45,421 nucleotides of DNA from Acidimicrobiia bacterium (GCA_050246915.1 JBFWVD010000044.1:1-45421); one strand, 5' to 3'; positions 25,015 through 34,036 are shown, counted from the stretch's first letter. Made by a program: numbers and translations. Notes: generated by a model from the sequence alone, not told the origin.

Positions 25015-27174
25015 GTGACGCGCGCGCACGTACGAGACGATGAGAGGGGGTTCACCCTCATCGAGTTGATGGTGGTGGTTCTCGTCATCGCCGTGCTGCT
25101 CGCGATCGCCATCCCCAGCTTCTTCGGTGCGCGCACCAGAGCACAGGCACTCGCCGCTCGTTCGACGCTCACCCAGGCGCTCGACGTCGCAACGGTGACT
25201 CTCGCCGAGGCCACGACCATCGGCTCGGAACCACTTTCAACAACGGTGGCCCGTCTCCAGGCGCAAGAGACGTCGTACACGTTCACGGCCGCAGTGTCGA
25301 CTGGTCCCAGCGTCGTGTCCGTCGCTACCGCATCGGGCAACATCACCTTGGCGGTGGCGGGCACCGACGGCACCTGTGTCATCGGCACCAGCCGCTCGAC
25401 CGGTCGGATCACCGCGGACACGACCGGTGCGTGCCTCGCGACCACATTCCTGTCATCGACACTGCTCAACCCGACCGGCACGACCACCACTGCGGCGACC
25501 ACCACGACAGTTGTTCCGACGACCACCACGACGCCCACGACGACAACCGCTGCGACGCCGCTCACAACCGTGCGACTCCTCAGCAGCACTGGCGCACCGC
25601 TGTCGGGCGGTTCGGTCACCTATGTGCTCGGTGGGTACACCTACACCTTCGGTACGACCGGCTCGAACGGCTCGGCCACGGCGAACCTGTCGCCCGGCTC
25701 GGTCACGATCAACCTCGACTACGCCGGAGGACGGGCGAGCACCGTGGCCACTGTTGGGCCGGGCACCGTCATCACCTTCACCACGGTGCCGGTCACCGTC
25801 CAGTTGCTCTCATCCACCGGCACCGGCATCGCCGGTGCAACCGTGGACTACTTCAACCCGTACTGGAACACACTCGGCACCACCAACGCCTCCGGCACCG
25901 CCACCAAAGAGATGCTCCCCGCGACATACAGCACATTGCAGCTCGACTACGCCGGCGGGACCAACACCCGCACCAACGTCTCCATCACCGGCGCCACCAC
26001 CCTCACCTTCACCACTGTGCCCGTCACCGTCGACTTCCGGACGTCCACTGGTACGCCCATCGCCGGTGCAACCGTGAACTACTTCAACCCGTACTGGAAC
26101 ACACTCGGCACCACCAACGCCTCCGGCACCGCCACCAAGGAAATGCTCACCGGCACCTATAGCCAACTCGATCTCGTGTACGCCGGCGCAACGAGCAGCC
26201 GAACCAACGTGTCCATCACCGGGGCGACCACGATCACCTTTGCCACGGTGCCGGTCACTGTCCAGCTGCGCTCATCCACCGGTACGCCCATCGCCGGCGC
26301 GGACATCAACTACTTCAACCCGTACTGGAACACACTCGGCACCACCAACGCCTCCGGCACCGCCACCAAAGAGATGCTCCCCGCGACGTACAGCACATTG
26401 CAGATCGACTACGCCGGCGGGACCAACACCCGCACCAACGTCGCCATCACCGGCGCCACCACCATCACCTTCACCACCGTCCCCGTCACCGTCGACTTCC
26501 GGACGTCCACCGGTACCGGCATCGCCGGCGCGGACATCAACTACTTCAACCCGTACTGGAACACACTCGGCACCACCAACGCCTCCGGCACCGCCACCAA
26601 GGAAATGCTCACCGGCACCTACAGCCAACTCGATCTCGTGTACGCCGGCGCAACGAGCAGCCGAACCAACGTCTCGATCACCGGGGCGACCACGATCACC
26701 TTTGCCACGGTGCCGGTCACCGTCCAGCTGCTCTCATCCACCGGCACCGGCATCGCCGGCGCAACCGTGAACTACTTCAACCCGTACTGGAACACACTCG
26801 GCACCACCAACGCCTCCGGCACCGCCACCAAAGAGATGCTCCCCGCGACATACAGCACATTGCAGCTCGACTACGCCGGCGGGACCAACACCCGCACCAA
26901 CGTCGCCATCACCGGCGCCACCACCATCACCTTCACCACCGTCCCCGTCACCATCACAGTGCTCAACGGTTCGGGCACCTCGGTATCAGGAGCGACGGTC
27001 AGCTACGCCAATCCGTATTGGAACTCGTTCGGCACCACCGGTGCTGGCGGCGTTGTAGCGAAGGAGATGTTGCCCGACAACTACGACTCGATCACGGCGA
27101 GCTGGACCGGCGGCACTGCGCAGCGAACCAACGTTGCCGTCACGGCAGCCACGTCGTTGACGTTGAGCCCCTAG
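25015..27174 (+). CDS. Type IV pilin-like protein (prepilin leader + N-methylation site + pilin globular domain with D-region Cys pair) fused to nine tandem ~77-aa beta-sandwich (CarboxypepD_reg/Cna-B-like) repeats
   Basis: GTG start. Leader MTRAHVRDDERG followed by FTLIELMVVVLVIAVLLAIAIPSF (class III signal, E at +5). C…C pair GTCVIGTSRSTGRITADTTGAC. Thr-rich linker, then repeats TFTTVPVTV(Q/D)…YFNPYWNTLGTTNASGTATKEML…YAGGTNTRTNV. The antisense ORFs 24918-25619 and 25810-26628 were rejected. Confidence 0.7.
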   Translation: MTRAHVRDDERGFTLIELMVVVLVIAVLLAIAIPSFFGARTRAQALAARSTLTQALDVATVTLAEATTIGSEPLSTTVARLQAQETSYTFTAAVSTGPSVVSVATASGNITLAVAGTDGTCVIGTSRSTGRITADTTGACLATTFLSSTLLNPTGTTTTAATTTTVVPTTTTTPTTTTAATPLTTVRLLSSTGAPLSGGSVTYVLGGYTYTFGTTGSNGSATANLSPGSVTINLDYAGGRASTVATVGPGTVITFTTVPVTVQLLSSTGTGIAGATVDYFNPYWNTLGTTNASGTATKEMLPATYSTLQLDYAGGTNTRTNVSITGATTLTFTTVPVTVDFRTSTGTPIAGATVNYFNPYWNTLGTTNASGTATKEMLTGTYSQLDLVYAGATSSRTNVSITGATTITFATVPVTVQLRSSTGTPIAGADINYFNPYWNTLGTTNASGTATKEMLPATYSTLQIDYAGGTNTRTNVAITGATTITFTTVPVTVDFRTSTGTGIAGADINYFNPYWNTLGTTNASGTATKEMLTGTYSQLDLVYAGATSSRTNVSITGATTITFATVPVTVQLLSSTGTGIAGATVNYFNPYWNTLGTTNASGTATKEMLPATYSTLQLDYAGGTNTRTNVAITGATTITFTTVPVTITVLNGSGTSVSGATVSYANPYWNSFGTTGAGGVVAKEMLPDNYDSITASWTGGTAQRTNVAVTAATSLTLSP
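25790..26945. repeat. Higher-order tandem DNA repeat: 462-bp unit (two alternating 231-bp subunits), about 2.5 copies, >90% identical
   Basis: Identical antisense ORFs are displaced by 462 bp (25810-26166 vs 26272-26628). The protein repeats alternate between Q-type and D-type variants. Confidence 0.85.
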
Positions 27175-27235
27175 ACGTCCGAGGGCGCCAACCGATTCAA
27201 CGTCGTCGGGCACCCGACGCGAAGATCACCACTGT

Positions 27236-28090
27236 ATGGATCTCCACGCCTATCTCGGCCTGCAGCCCACCGCCGACCCCTTGCGGTGGACGCTCGAGCT
27301 CAACGATCGCATCACCACCCCACAGCACTTCATGAACGGAGGGTCGGGTTTCGCGGCGTGCATGTCTGCCTTCGAGAACGTGACCGGTCGACCCGTCGTG
27401 TGGGCCTCATGCCACTTCGAATCGTTCGTGTATGCGCCCGCAGTCCTGGAGATCGATCTCGCCCTGCATCGCGAAGGGGGCACGACCTCGCACGGCCGTG
27501 CCGTGCTGCGCAACGGGGACGACACCATCTTGTCGGTCGACGTTGCCCTCGGCCGGCGGGCCGACGGGTTCGAGGGAACGTGGCTGACACGCCCACAGGC
27601 CCCCGATCCACGCGACTGCGCCCGCATCGATCTGAAGACGGCGGGGCCAGCCGAGCGATCCATCGCCGATCACACCGACATGCGACGCGCCATCGGTCGT
27701 ACGGTCGACCAGTTCGATGGAACACCCAGCGATGGTCATTCCGCGCTCTGGATCCACATGGACACCATGTCGGGCCCGGTGACTGCAGGCGAGTTGGCCA
27801 TCGTCGCCGACTTCGTGCCGTTCGACATCGGTCAGCCGCTGGGGCAGAACCTCACCGGTTCGAGCATCGACAACACGTTGCGCATGTGCGAGCTACGGCA
27901 GACCGACTGGGTGCTGCTCGACATCCACATGCATGCGATGCATCGCAACGTGATGCACGCAACGGCGGGACTGTGGGCCGAGGACGGAACGCTGCTCGGC
28001 CTGGCCAGCCAGACGATGCTCGCTCGTCCGGCCGGGAAGATGCCGCCGAAGGCTCCTGATCACTCGATCGAGTCGGACCCGACGTCGTAG
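27236..28090 (+). CDS. Acyl-CoA thioesterase, TesB-like (double hot-dog)
   Basis: 284 aa, two hot-dog-like halves; size and GGSGFAA region resemble acyl-CoA thioesterase II. Family assignment is tentative. Confidence 0.5.
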   Translation: MDLHAYLGLQPTADPLRWTLELNDRITTPQHFMNGGSGFAACMSAFENVTGRPVVWASCHFESFVYAPAVLEIDLALHREGGTTSHGRAVLRNGDDTILSVDVALGRRADGFEGTWLTRPQAPDPRDCARIDLKTAGPAERSIADHTDMRRAIGRTVDQFDGTPSDGHSALWIHMDTMSGPVTAGELAIVADFVPFDIGQPLGQNLTGSSIDNTLRMCELRQTDWVLLDIHMHAMHRNVMHATAGLWAEDGTLLGLASQTMLARPAGKMPPKAPDHSIESDPTS

Positions 28091-30117
28091 CGCAGGAGCA
28101 CGCGTGCGGCGGCCGCGGCCGGGAGCCCGACGAAGCGCTCGGGCGATTCGACGACCACACCTGGGCCGATCTGCAAGAGCAACCGCTCGAGCCACCGCTC
28201 ATCGGCGACCGGGAGCTCGATTCGACAGCGATCTGCACCAGAACTGGAGAGCGTCGCCGGGTGGACCTCGCCCACCCAAGCAGCGCGCGCCGGCGCAGTG
28301 AGCACGACGACCTCGGAGCCTTCGGGCGGCCACGGCGCCCGCTTGCGGGGAGCCGATCGTTCGAAGGTCTCGCCGGAGGGCTCGACATCGAGAACGCGGT
28401 CGATGCGGAAGCGACGCACGGTCTCGCTGCTGCGATCCCATCCGTCGAGATACCAGCGCCCGGCGTCGAGCACCACGTCGAGCGGCTCGATCCAGCGTCC
28501 TTCGCTGATGCGATTGGAGGTAGCGGCGAAGTAGTCGATGCGCACCAACCGGCGATCGCGCACCGCGGCCCGTAACACCGGAACGTGTGCCGGTGTGTCG
28601 AGCGCGACGCGCAAGAATTGCGCGGCATCAAGCGATCGCCGCACCTTGTCGAGAGCGGAAGCCAGCGCATCGCGGCGTTTGGGTTCGGTCACCTCGAGCA
28701 GCACCTGACCGGCCGTGCACACCGCGAGCACCTCCGCGGATGTCAGTTCCCCCGGCCCGGCAGGCTGAAGCACCGGAACCGGGCTCATGCTCACCTCGAC
28801 AGTGCTGGGGTCAGCGCTCGGATCATCGAGCACGCCATCGACGTCGTCACCGTCGTCGAACACGATCTCGAACAGATCCTCGGTGTTGTACGGCGGCACC
28901 CCGCACACCGACGCCAGCTGCAGATCCTCCATCACGGTGGACGCCGGCACACCAAAGCGCGAGGCCAACTCCGACACCGCAACAGCGCGGCCGTCTTGGC
29001 GCGACAGCCATGTGAGCATCGCCATCGTTCGTCGCAGCCAACGCATCGCCGGCTGCGTCTTCTGCGGGCCCGACGCCGCTCGCGCTTGCGGTGCAACGCT
29101 GGCACGAGGTCGAGACCGGCGCGCCGACTCGAGCGATGAGGCCTCCGTGGAGCGCATGGCCTTCAACCAGTCCGTGACGAACTCCACCATCTCTGGTGGC
29201 CCGACCACCCAGGCATCGTCTCCGAAGCCGAGGACCCAGGTGCGCAGGGCTTCGGGAAACGACACCGCCAGCCGCACGATCACGCCGTTGTCACCGTCGG
29301 GTCCGTCACCGGTGACCTCGGCGATCACCGACCCCGAACGCAACGTCGACTCGACCCACACTGCCAACGGCCCCCGCACCGCGACGTCGACCATGACCGG
29401 CTCGCCCTGCGGGATGGCCCACGACTCGCTCGGCATGACCTGTTCGGGATCCCACTCCTGCGGTCGTTCGAACGCTCCGGGCTCCCCCACCGTCACACCG
29501 CTCATGCGGTCGATGCGGTAGGTGCGGACCCCATCGCCGATGAGCTCGCCCGACACGTACCAGTTCGTGCGGCGCATCAAAAGCCCGAACGGTCGAACCC
29601 GATGGGGCCGTCCGTTGTAGACGAACTCGACCTCGCATCCCAGCGACGCCGCTCGCAGCAGATCGCCGACCTCACTCGGCGCGCTCAGATCACCCACCGG
29701 CAGATCGGCCAGTGGATCGCTGCCCCCTAGCTTCCACAGTGCGAACGTGTCGGCTTCGCCAGTGAGGTCGACCAGTGACAGCGCTTGACGAATGGCACCG
29801 GCCTCGACGTCGGTGAGCCCGAACTCGGGCAGGACGCTGCGTTCGGGGGAGATCCGATAGGCCCAACGGTCGCTCTGGTCGGCCTCGGTCCGATCACCGC
29901 GGTCCACGGTCTCCACCGGAAACCCGTTCAACCCGAGCTGACGCCGATCGCGCACGAACTCCTGCCGGGCGTTCTCGCGTACGTCGGAGAACCCGGGCAC
30001 CGTCTCGATGATCTCCGTCAGGGTGTGCCCGTCGGAGTTCAACAGCATCGTCACCAGGTTCAAAAGCCGTTCTCGCCGCTCCGCCGCCATCGACCCCATC
30101 GTGACAGACCGCGTCAT
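28060..30117 (-). CDS. Fused double HTH-WYL-WCX transcriptional regulator (PafBC-like single chain)
   Basis: Two modules, each with an N-terminal winged-HTH (ERLLNLVTMLL… / MRWLRRTMAMLTWL…) and a WYL domain (RRTNWYVSG… / DAGRWYLDGWD). 685 aa. The start may lie at an internal Met (30090-30117). The 3' end overlaps the thioesterase 3' end by 31 bp (convergent). Confidence 0.65.
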   Translation of the reverse strand: MTRSVTMGSMAAERRERLLNLVTMLLNSDGHTLTEIIETVPGFSDVRENARQEFVRDRRQLGLNGFPVETVDRGDRTEADQSDRWAYRISPERSVLPEFGLTDVEAGAIRQALSLVDLTGEADTFALWKLGGSDPLADLPVGDLSAPSEVGDLLRAASLGCEVEFVYNGRPHRVRPFGLLMRRTNWYVSGELIGDGVRTYRIDRMSGVTVGEPGAFERPQEWDPEQVMPSESWAIPQGEPVMVDVAVRGPLAVWVESTLRSGSVIAEVTGDGPDGDNGVIVRLAVSFPEALRTWVLGFGDDAWVVGPPEMVEFVTDWLKAMRSTEASSLESARRSRPRASVAPQARAASGPQKTQPAMRWLRRTMAMLTWLSRQDGRAVAVSELASRFGVPASTVMEDLQLASVCGVPPYNTEDLFEIVFDDGDDVDGVLDDPSADPSTVEVSMSPVPVLQPAGPGELTSAEVLAVCTAGQVLLEVTEPKRRDALASALDKVRRSLDAAQFLRVALDTPAHVPVLRAAVRDRRLVRIDYFAATSNRISEGRWIEPLDVVLDAGRWYLDGWDRSSETVRRFRIDRVLDVEPSGETFERSAPRKRAPWPPEGSEVVVLTAPARAAWVGEVHPATLSSSGADRCRIELPVADERWLERLLLQIGPGVVVESPERFVGLPAAAAARVLLRYDVGSDSIE

Positions 30118-30167
30118 CCGGTCGCAGACGCAACGGTCCGCGCCTGGCCACGATCGATCGGCGCCCA

Positions 30168-30596
30168 GTGGGTCGGCAGTGGTTCAATGGCCCCGTGGCC
30201 CAGAGCGAACCGAACCCCCAGACCGCTGATCTCACCATCTTGGGGGCGACGGTCCGTCATCCGGTGGAGCACGTGGAGTGTTTCCCCGCACCGAAGAACG
30301 TCCGCATCGTCCGTTTCACCAACGACGAGCTGAACTCCATGTGTCCGGTCACTCAGCAGCCAGATCTGTCGACGGTCGTCATCGAGTACGAACCCGATCA
30401 ACGCTGTGTCGAGTCCAAGAGTCTCAAGCTCTACCTGTGGAGCTTTCGTGACAAGGCCGTGTTCGCCGAAGCGATGGCCGCACAGATCGCCGAGGAGATC
30501 ATGTCCTCCGCGCAGCCCCGACGTGTCACGGTCACCTTGACGCAACGTCCTCGCGGCGGGATCGAAGTTCAAGCCATCGCGGAGCTGTGTCGCTGA
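30168..30596 (+). CDS. queF: NADPH-dependent 7-cyano-7-deazaguanine reductase (preQ1 synthase), type I QueF
   Basis: GTG start. Catalytic Cys motif NDELNSMCPVTQQPD and the QueF motif ESKSLKLYLWSFR. 142 aa. Confidence 0.8.
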   Translation: MGRQWFNGPVAQSEPNPQTADLTILGATVRHPVEHVECFPAPKNVRIVRFTNDELNSMCPVTQQPDLSTVVIEYEPDQRCVESKSLKLYLWSFRDKAVFAEAMAAQIAEEIMSSAQPRRVTVTLTQRPRGGIEVQAIAELCR

Positions 30597-30731
30597 CGCG
30601 CTCGCCGTTTGTCTTCGTTCCCCCGATCGGTGGGCTCCAGACGCACGCGCTCATGAAGATCGCCTGAAGGACGGCTTAAGAACCTCCGGACGCGATCAAG
30701 GCCGTGTCACGGAACGCCGAAACTCCGGGCA

Positions 30732-32042
30732 GTGCCTGTCTCATCTGATGAAGTCGCCCACCTCCTCCGGCGCGCCGGGTTCGGCGGTACGAGTGCGGAG
30801 ATCGCCGCGCTCACCAGCTTGAACCTGGACCGTGCCGGGTTGGTCAACCGAATCCTCGATCTCTCCTCGGCCCCGCCGGACACCATGCCAGCGTTCATCA
30901 CCGACGAGAACCTCGGCGAGTGGGAACGGGTCGAGAAGCTCATCATGTGGTGGATCGACCGCATGGCGACCTCCCCGTGTCCGCTGTCGGAGAAGATGAC
31001 CTTGTTCTGGCACGGCCACTTCGTGGTCGGCCGCGACAAGGTGCAGTGTCCACGGCATCTCTACGACCAGCTGCATCTGTTCCGCACCAATGCGCTGGGG
31101 AACTTCCGAGATCTCACCCGTGCCGTCGGGCGCGATCCGGCGATGCTCGTGTACCTCGACAACGATCCCAACGAGGTCGGCAGCCCCAACGAGAACTTCG
31201 CACGCGAACTGATGGAGCTGTTCACCCTCGGCCTCGATCAGTACACGCAGGACGACATCATCGCTTCGGCACGCGCCTGGACGGGCCATGGCCTCACCGA
31301 GTCCGAGACCTACCCGGTGTACGAGTTCCATCCCACCAAGCACGACAACGGCAACAAGACGTTCTTCGGCACGACCCGCAACTGGGATGGTCCCGAGATC
31401 ATCGATGAGATCTGCAACGGTGCGAAGCGACCGATCATGGCGCGCTTCATCGCCAAGAAGGTGTTCTCGTTCTTCGCGTACCCGGGCCCGAGCGACACGA
31501 TCGTGCAGCAGTTGGCTGACGTGTTCATCGCCAACGGGCTGTCGATACGTGAGCTGGTTCGGGCCGTGTTCATGCACGATCAGTTCTGGTCGGACACCGC
31601 CCGCAACGGCCTCATCCGCACGCCGGTGGAGTTCGCGGTCGCCGCCATCCGCCACACCGGTGTCGGCACGTACGACGCCAACCCGCAGTGGTGGTTGTCG
31701 GAGATGGGGCAGAAGCCGCTCGAGCCACCGAACGTGGCCGGCTGGAAGCAGAACGCCTACTGGCTCAGTGCAACGTCGCTGTGGGCCAAGGCGTCGTTCG
31801 CCCAGAACCTCGGATGGAAGGTGGGTGAGGGCAGCCTGCTCGAGGATCTGAAGGCCAACACCCTTACCCCGTCAGCCGCAATTCAAATTGCGTTCGATCG
31901 TTTCGGTATCACCAATCCGTCGCCGCAGACCAGGCAACGCCTCGAGAGTTGGATCGCCACCGAGCGGGCCAACGATCGCTGGTTCATCCCACCGGGGCTC
32001 ACCACCGCCCTGCTGCTCACCCCGGAGTTCCAGCTGGCATGA
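30732..32042 (+). CDS. DUF1800 family protein
   Basis: GTG start. Hallmark N-terminus VAHLLRRAGFG and the conserved WHGHF/LGNF blocks. 436 aa. Confidence 0.8.
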   Translation: MPVSSDEVAHLLRRAGFGGTSAEIAALTSLNLDRAGLVNRILDLSSAPPDTMPAFITDENLGEWERVEKLIMWWIDRMATSPCPLSEKMTLFWHGHFVVGRDKVQCPRHLYDQLHLFRTNALGNFRDLTRAVGRDPAMLVYLDNDPNEVGSPNENFARELMELFTLGLDQYTQDDIIASARAWTGHGLTESETYPVYEFHPTKHDNGNKTFFGTTRNWDGPEIIDEICNGAKRPIMARFIAKKVFSFFAYPGPSDTIVQQLADVFIANGLSIRELVRAVFMHDQFWSDTARNGLIRTPVEFAVAAIRHTGVGTYDANPQWWLSEMGQKPLEPPNVAGWKQNAYWLSATSLWAKASFAQNLGWKVGEGSLLEDLKANTLTPSAAIQIAFDRFGITNPSPQTRQRLESWIATERANDRWFIPPGLTTALLLTPEFQLA

Positions 32043-34036
32043 CCGATCACAAGCAACTCTCCTTGCATCGCCGGCACTTCCTCCAAGCCGCGCTGGCCAC
32101 CGGCGCAGCGTCGCTGGTTCCGGACTTCCTCCGCTTCGGTCAAGCCCAGGCCGCAACTCCGGTTGCCGCCAACGAGGGCATCTTGGTCCTGGTGACCTTG
32201 GCCGGCGGTAACGACGGCCTCAACACGGTCATCCCCATCGACTCGAGTCGCTATCGCGATCTCCGCGGCGGCTTGGCCATCACCCGCGCCCATGGGGCGC
32301 ACGACATCGGCAACGGGTTCGCGCTGCATCCATCGTTGAGCGCTCTCAAGCGTCGCTTCGATCAAGGGACCGTGGCCATCGTGCAGGGCGTCGGCTATCC
32401 CGACCCGAACCTGTCGCATTTCGACTCCATGGGCGAATGGATGACCGGTTGGGGTGGCGCAGGCCATCCCGGCACCGGTTGGGTCGGCCGCTGGCTCGAT
32501 GGCTTGCCCAATCCCGACTCTCTTCGGCTGGTGTCCATCGGCGGCAACGTCCCTCCGCATCTACGTGGCGCGTCGTACTCCGGCGTGGCGCTACCACCGG
32601 ACATGGACAGCGCTTTCGGGACCGATCGATCCGAGGACTACTACGCGCGGCTCATCGATCTGGTGAGCTCCTACGGCGCCAGCCCCAACTCGCGCGGAGC
32701 GTGGGCCGATCGCATCGGACTGCTCGAGCGAGAGACCATCGCGCTCGGCAATCAAGTGTCTCCCGCCTACAACGACATCGAAGGCGACGGCCTGACGCGC
32801 GAACTGCGCCTCGTCGCCGGTCTCATCAACGCCAACGTCGGCGTGCGGGTGTTCAGCGTGGAGATGGGCGGGTTCGACACCCACGAAGGCCAAGCCGGCG
32901 ATCATGCCGCGCTGCTGGCCGAGCTCGACGCCGCCATCGATGCGTTCTTCACCAAGCTCTCCAGTCGCTTCTTGTCCCGCGTCACGCTCATGACCTTGTC
33001 CGAGTTCGGTCGCCGACCCGAAGCGAACGGTTCGAGCGGCACCGACCACGGCACCGCTGCTCCCCTGTTCGTGATCGGTCAAGGCGTACGAGGCGGGTTC
33101 CACTCAACGGCCCCATCCCTGACCGCGCTCGATGAGGACGACAACCTGGTGGCCACCTGCGACTTCCGCCAGGTGTATGCGTCGATGCTGAGCGGTTGGC
33201 TCAGCGCACCGTCCCAACCCATCCTGGGGCGGGCGTACACGCCGTTCGATCTCTTCCGCTGGGGACCTGGCGGGCCGACTGCCTCGGGTGGCGGAACGGC
33301 CGGTACCGGGTACTGGACACTCACCAACAACGGACAGGTCACGGCGTTCGGCGGCGTGAGCGCCATGGGCAACGCGCCGTCCAGCGTCAGTGCGGTGGCC
33401 ATCGCTTCAACACCGTTCAAGGACGGCTACTGGATCACCACGGCGACGGGCGCCGTCTACCCCTACGGCTCCGCGGTGCATTGGGGCGACATGGCCGGCA
33501 CCAAACTGGCCTCGCCGATCGTGGACATGGTCTCCACCCCATCGGGGATGGGCTACTGGTTGCTCGGCCGCGACGGCGGCGTGTTCAGCTTCGGAGACGC
33601 CGAGTTCTACGGGTCCACCGGCAACCTCAAACTGGCGGCGCCCGTCGTCGGCATGGCGGCATGCCCCAGCGGACGGGGCTACTGGTTCGTGGCCGCCGAT
33701 GGCGGCATCTTCGCTTTCGGTCCCGATGCGCAGTTCTACGGATCGACCGGTGACCTTCGGCTGTCCCAACCCGTCGTAGCCATGGCCCCGACGCCAAGTG
33801 GCAAGGGCTATTGGCTGGTCGCTCGTGACGGAGGCGTGTTCGCCTTCGGTGACGCGCCGTTTCGTGGTTCGACGGGAGACATCACGCTCAACCAGCCGAT
33901 CATCGGCATCGTGCCGACGCCGACCGGCGACGGCTACTGGTTCGTGGCATCCGACGGCGGCGTGTTCGCCTTCGGCGACGCGCCGTTCCTCGGTTCTGCC
34001 GTCGACGGCGGAGCCAGCGTCGTGGCCATGGCTTGA
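32039..34036 (+). CDS. DUF1501 family protein (Tat signal) with ~230-aa C-terminal extension of six GYW…DGGVFAFGDAxFxGS repeats (propeller-like)
   Basis: ATG 32039 in ATGA overlap with the DUF1800 stop. Twin-arginine motif HRRHFLQAALATGAASL. DUF1501 core with GGxDxHxxQ-type blocks (MGGFDTHEGQ). Six ~43-aa repeats at the C-terminus. Confidence 0.8.
   Translation: MTDHKQLSLHRRHFLQAALATGAASLVPDFLRFGQAQAATPVAANEGILVLVTLAGGNDGLNTVIPIDSSRYRDLRGGLAITRAHGAHDIGNGFALHPSLSALKRRFDQGTVAIVQGVGYPDPNLSHFDSMGEWMTGWGGAGHPGTGWVGRWLDGLPNPDSLRLVSIGGNVPPHLRGASYSGVALPPDMDSAFGTDRSEDYYARLIDLVSSYGASPNSRGAWADRIGLLERETIALGNQVSPAYNDIEGDGLTRELRLVAGLINANVGVRVFSVEMGGFDTHEGQAGDHAALLAELDAAIDAFFTKLSSRFLSRVTLMTLSEFGRRPEANGSSGTDHGTAAPLFVIGQGVRGGFHSTAPSLTALDEDDNLVATCDFRQVYASMLSGWLSAPSQPILGRAYTPFDLFRWGPGGPTASGGGTAGTGYWTLTNNGQVTAFGGVSAMGNAPSSVSAVAIASTPFKDGYWITTATGAVYPYGSAVHWGDMAGTKLASPIVDMVSTPSGMGYWLLGRDGGVFSFGDAEFYGSTGNLKLAAPVVGMAACPSGRGYWFVAADGGIFAFGPDAQFYGSTGDLRLSQPVVAMAPTPSGKGYWLVARDGGVFAFGDAPFRGSTGDITLNQPIIGIVPTPTGDGYWFVASDGGVFAFGDAPFLGSAVDGGASVVAMA

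Noticed and set aside
23589-25043. 484-aa and 362-aa + strand ORFs (His/Arg/Thr/Pro-rich)
   Set aside because: They are antisense to the deacetylase gene and simply mirror its Thr/Pro linker and repeats.
24918-25619. 233-aa minus-strand ORF, plus the 118-aa ORFs at 25810-26166 and 26272-26628
   Set aside because: They are antisense to the pilin-fusion gene. The 118-aa pair is identical only because it lies on the 462-bp DNA repeat.
27852-28670. 272-aa minus-strand ORF and other R/S/P-rich ORFs across 27.2-28.7 kb
   Set aside because: They are alternative frames of the thioesterase and WYL genes, with extreme Arg/Ser/Pro composition.
30118-30167. preQ1 riboswitch upstream of queF
   Set aside because: The 50-bp leader lacks the conserved preQ1-I/II core (no AGAGGUUC…CUAGCUACACCC-like segment) and is too short.
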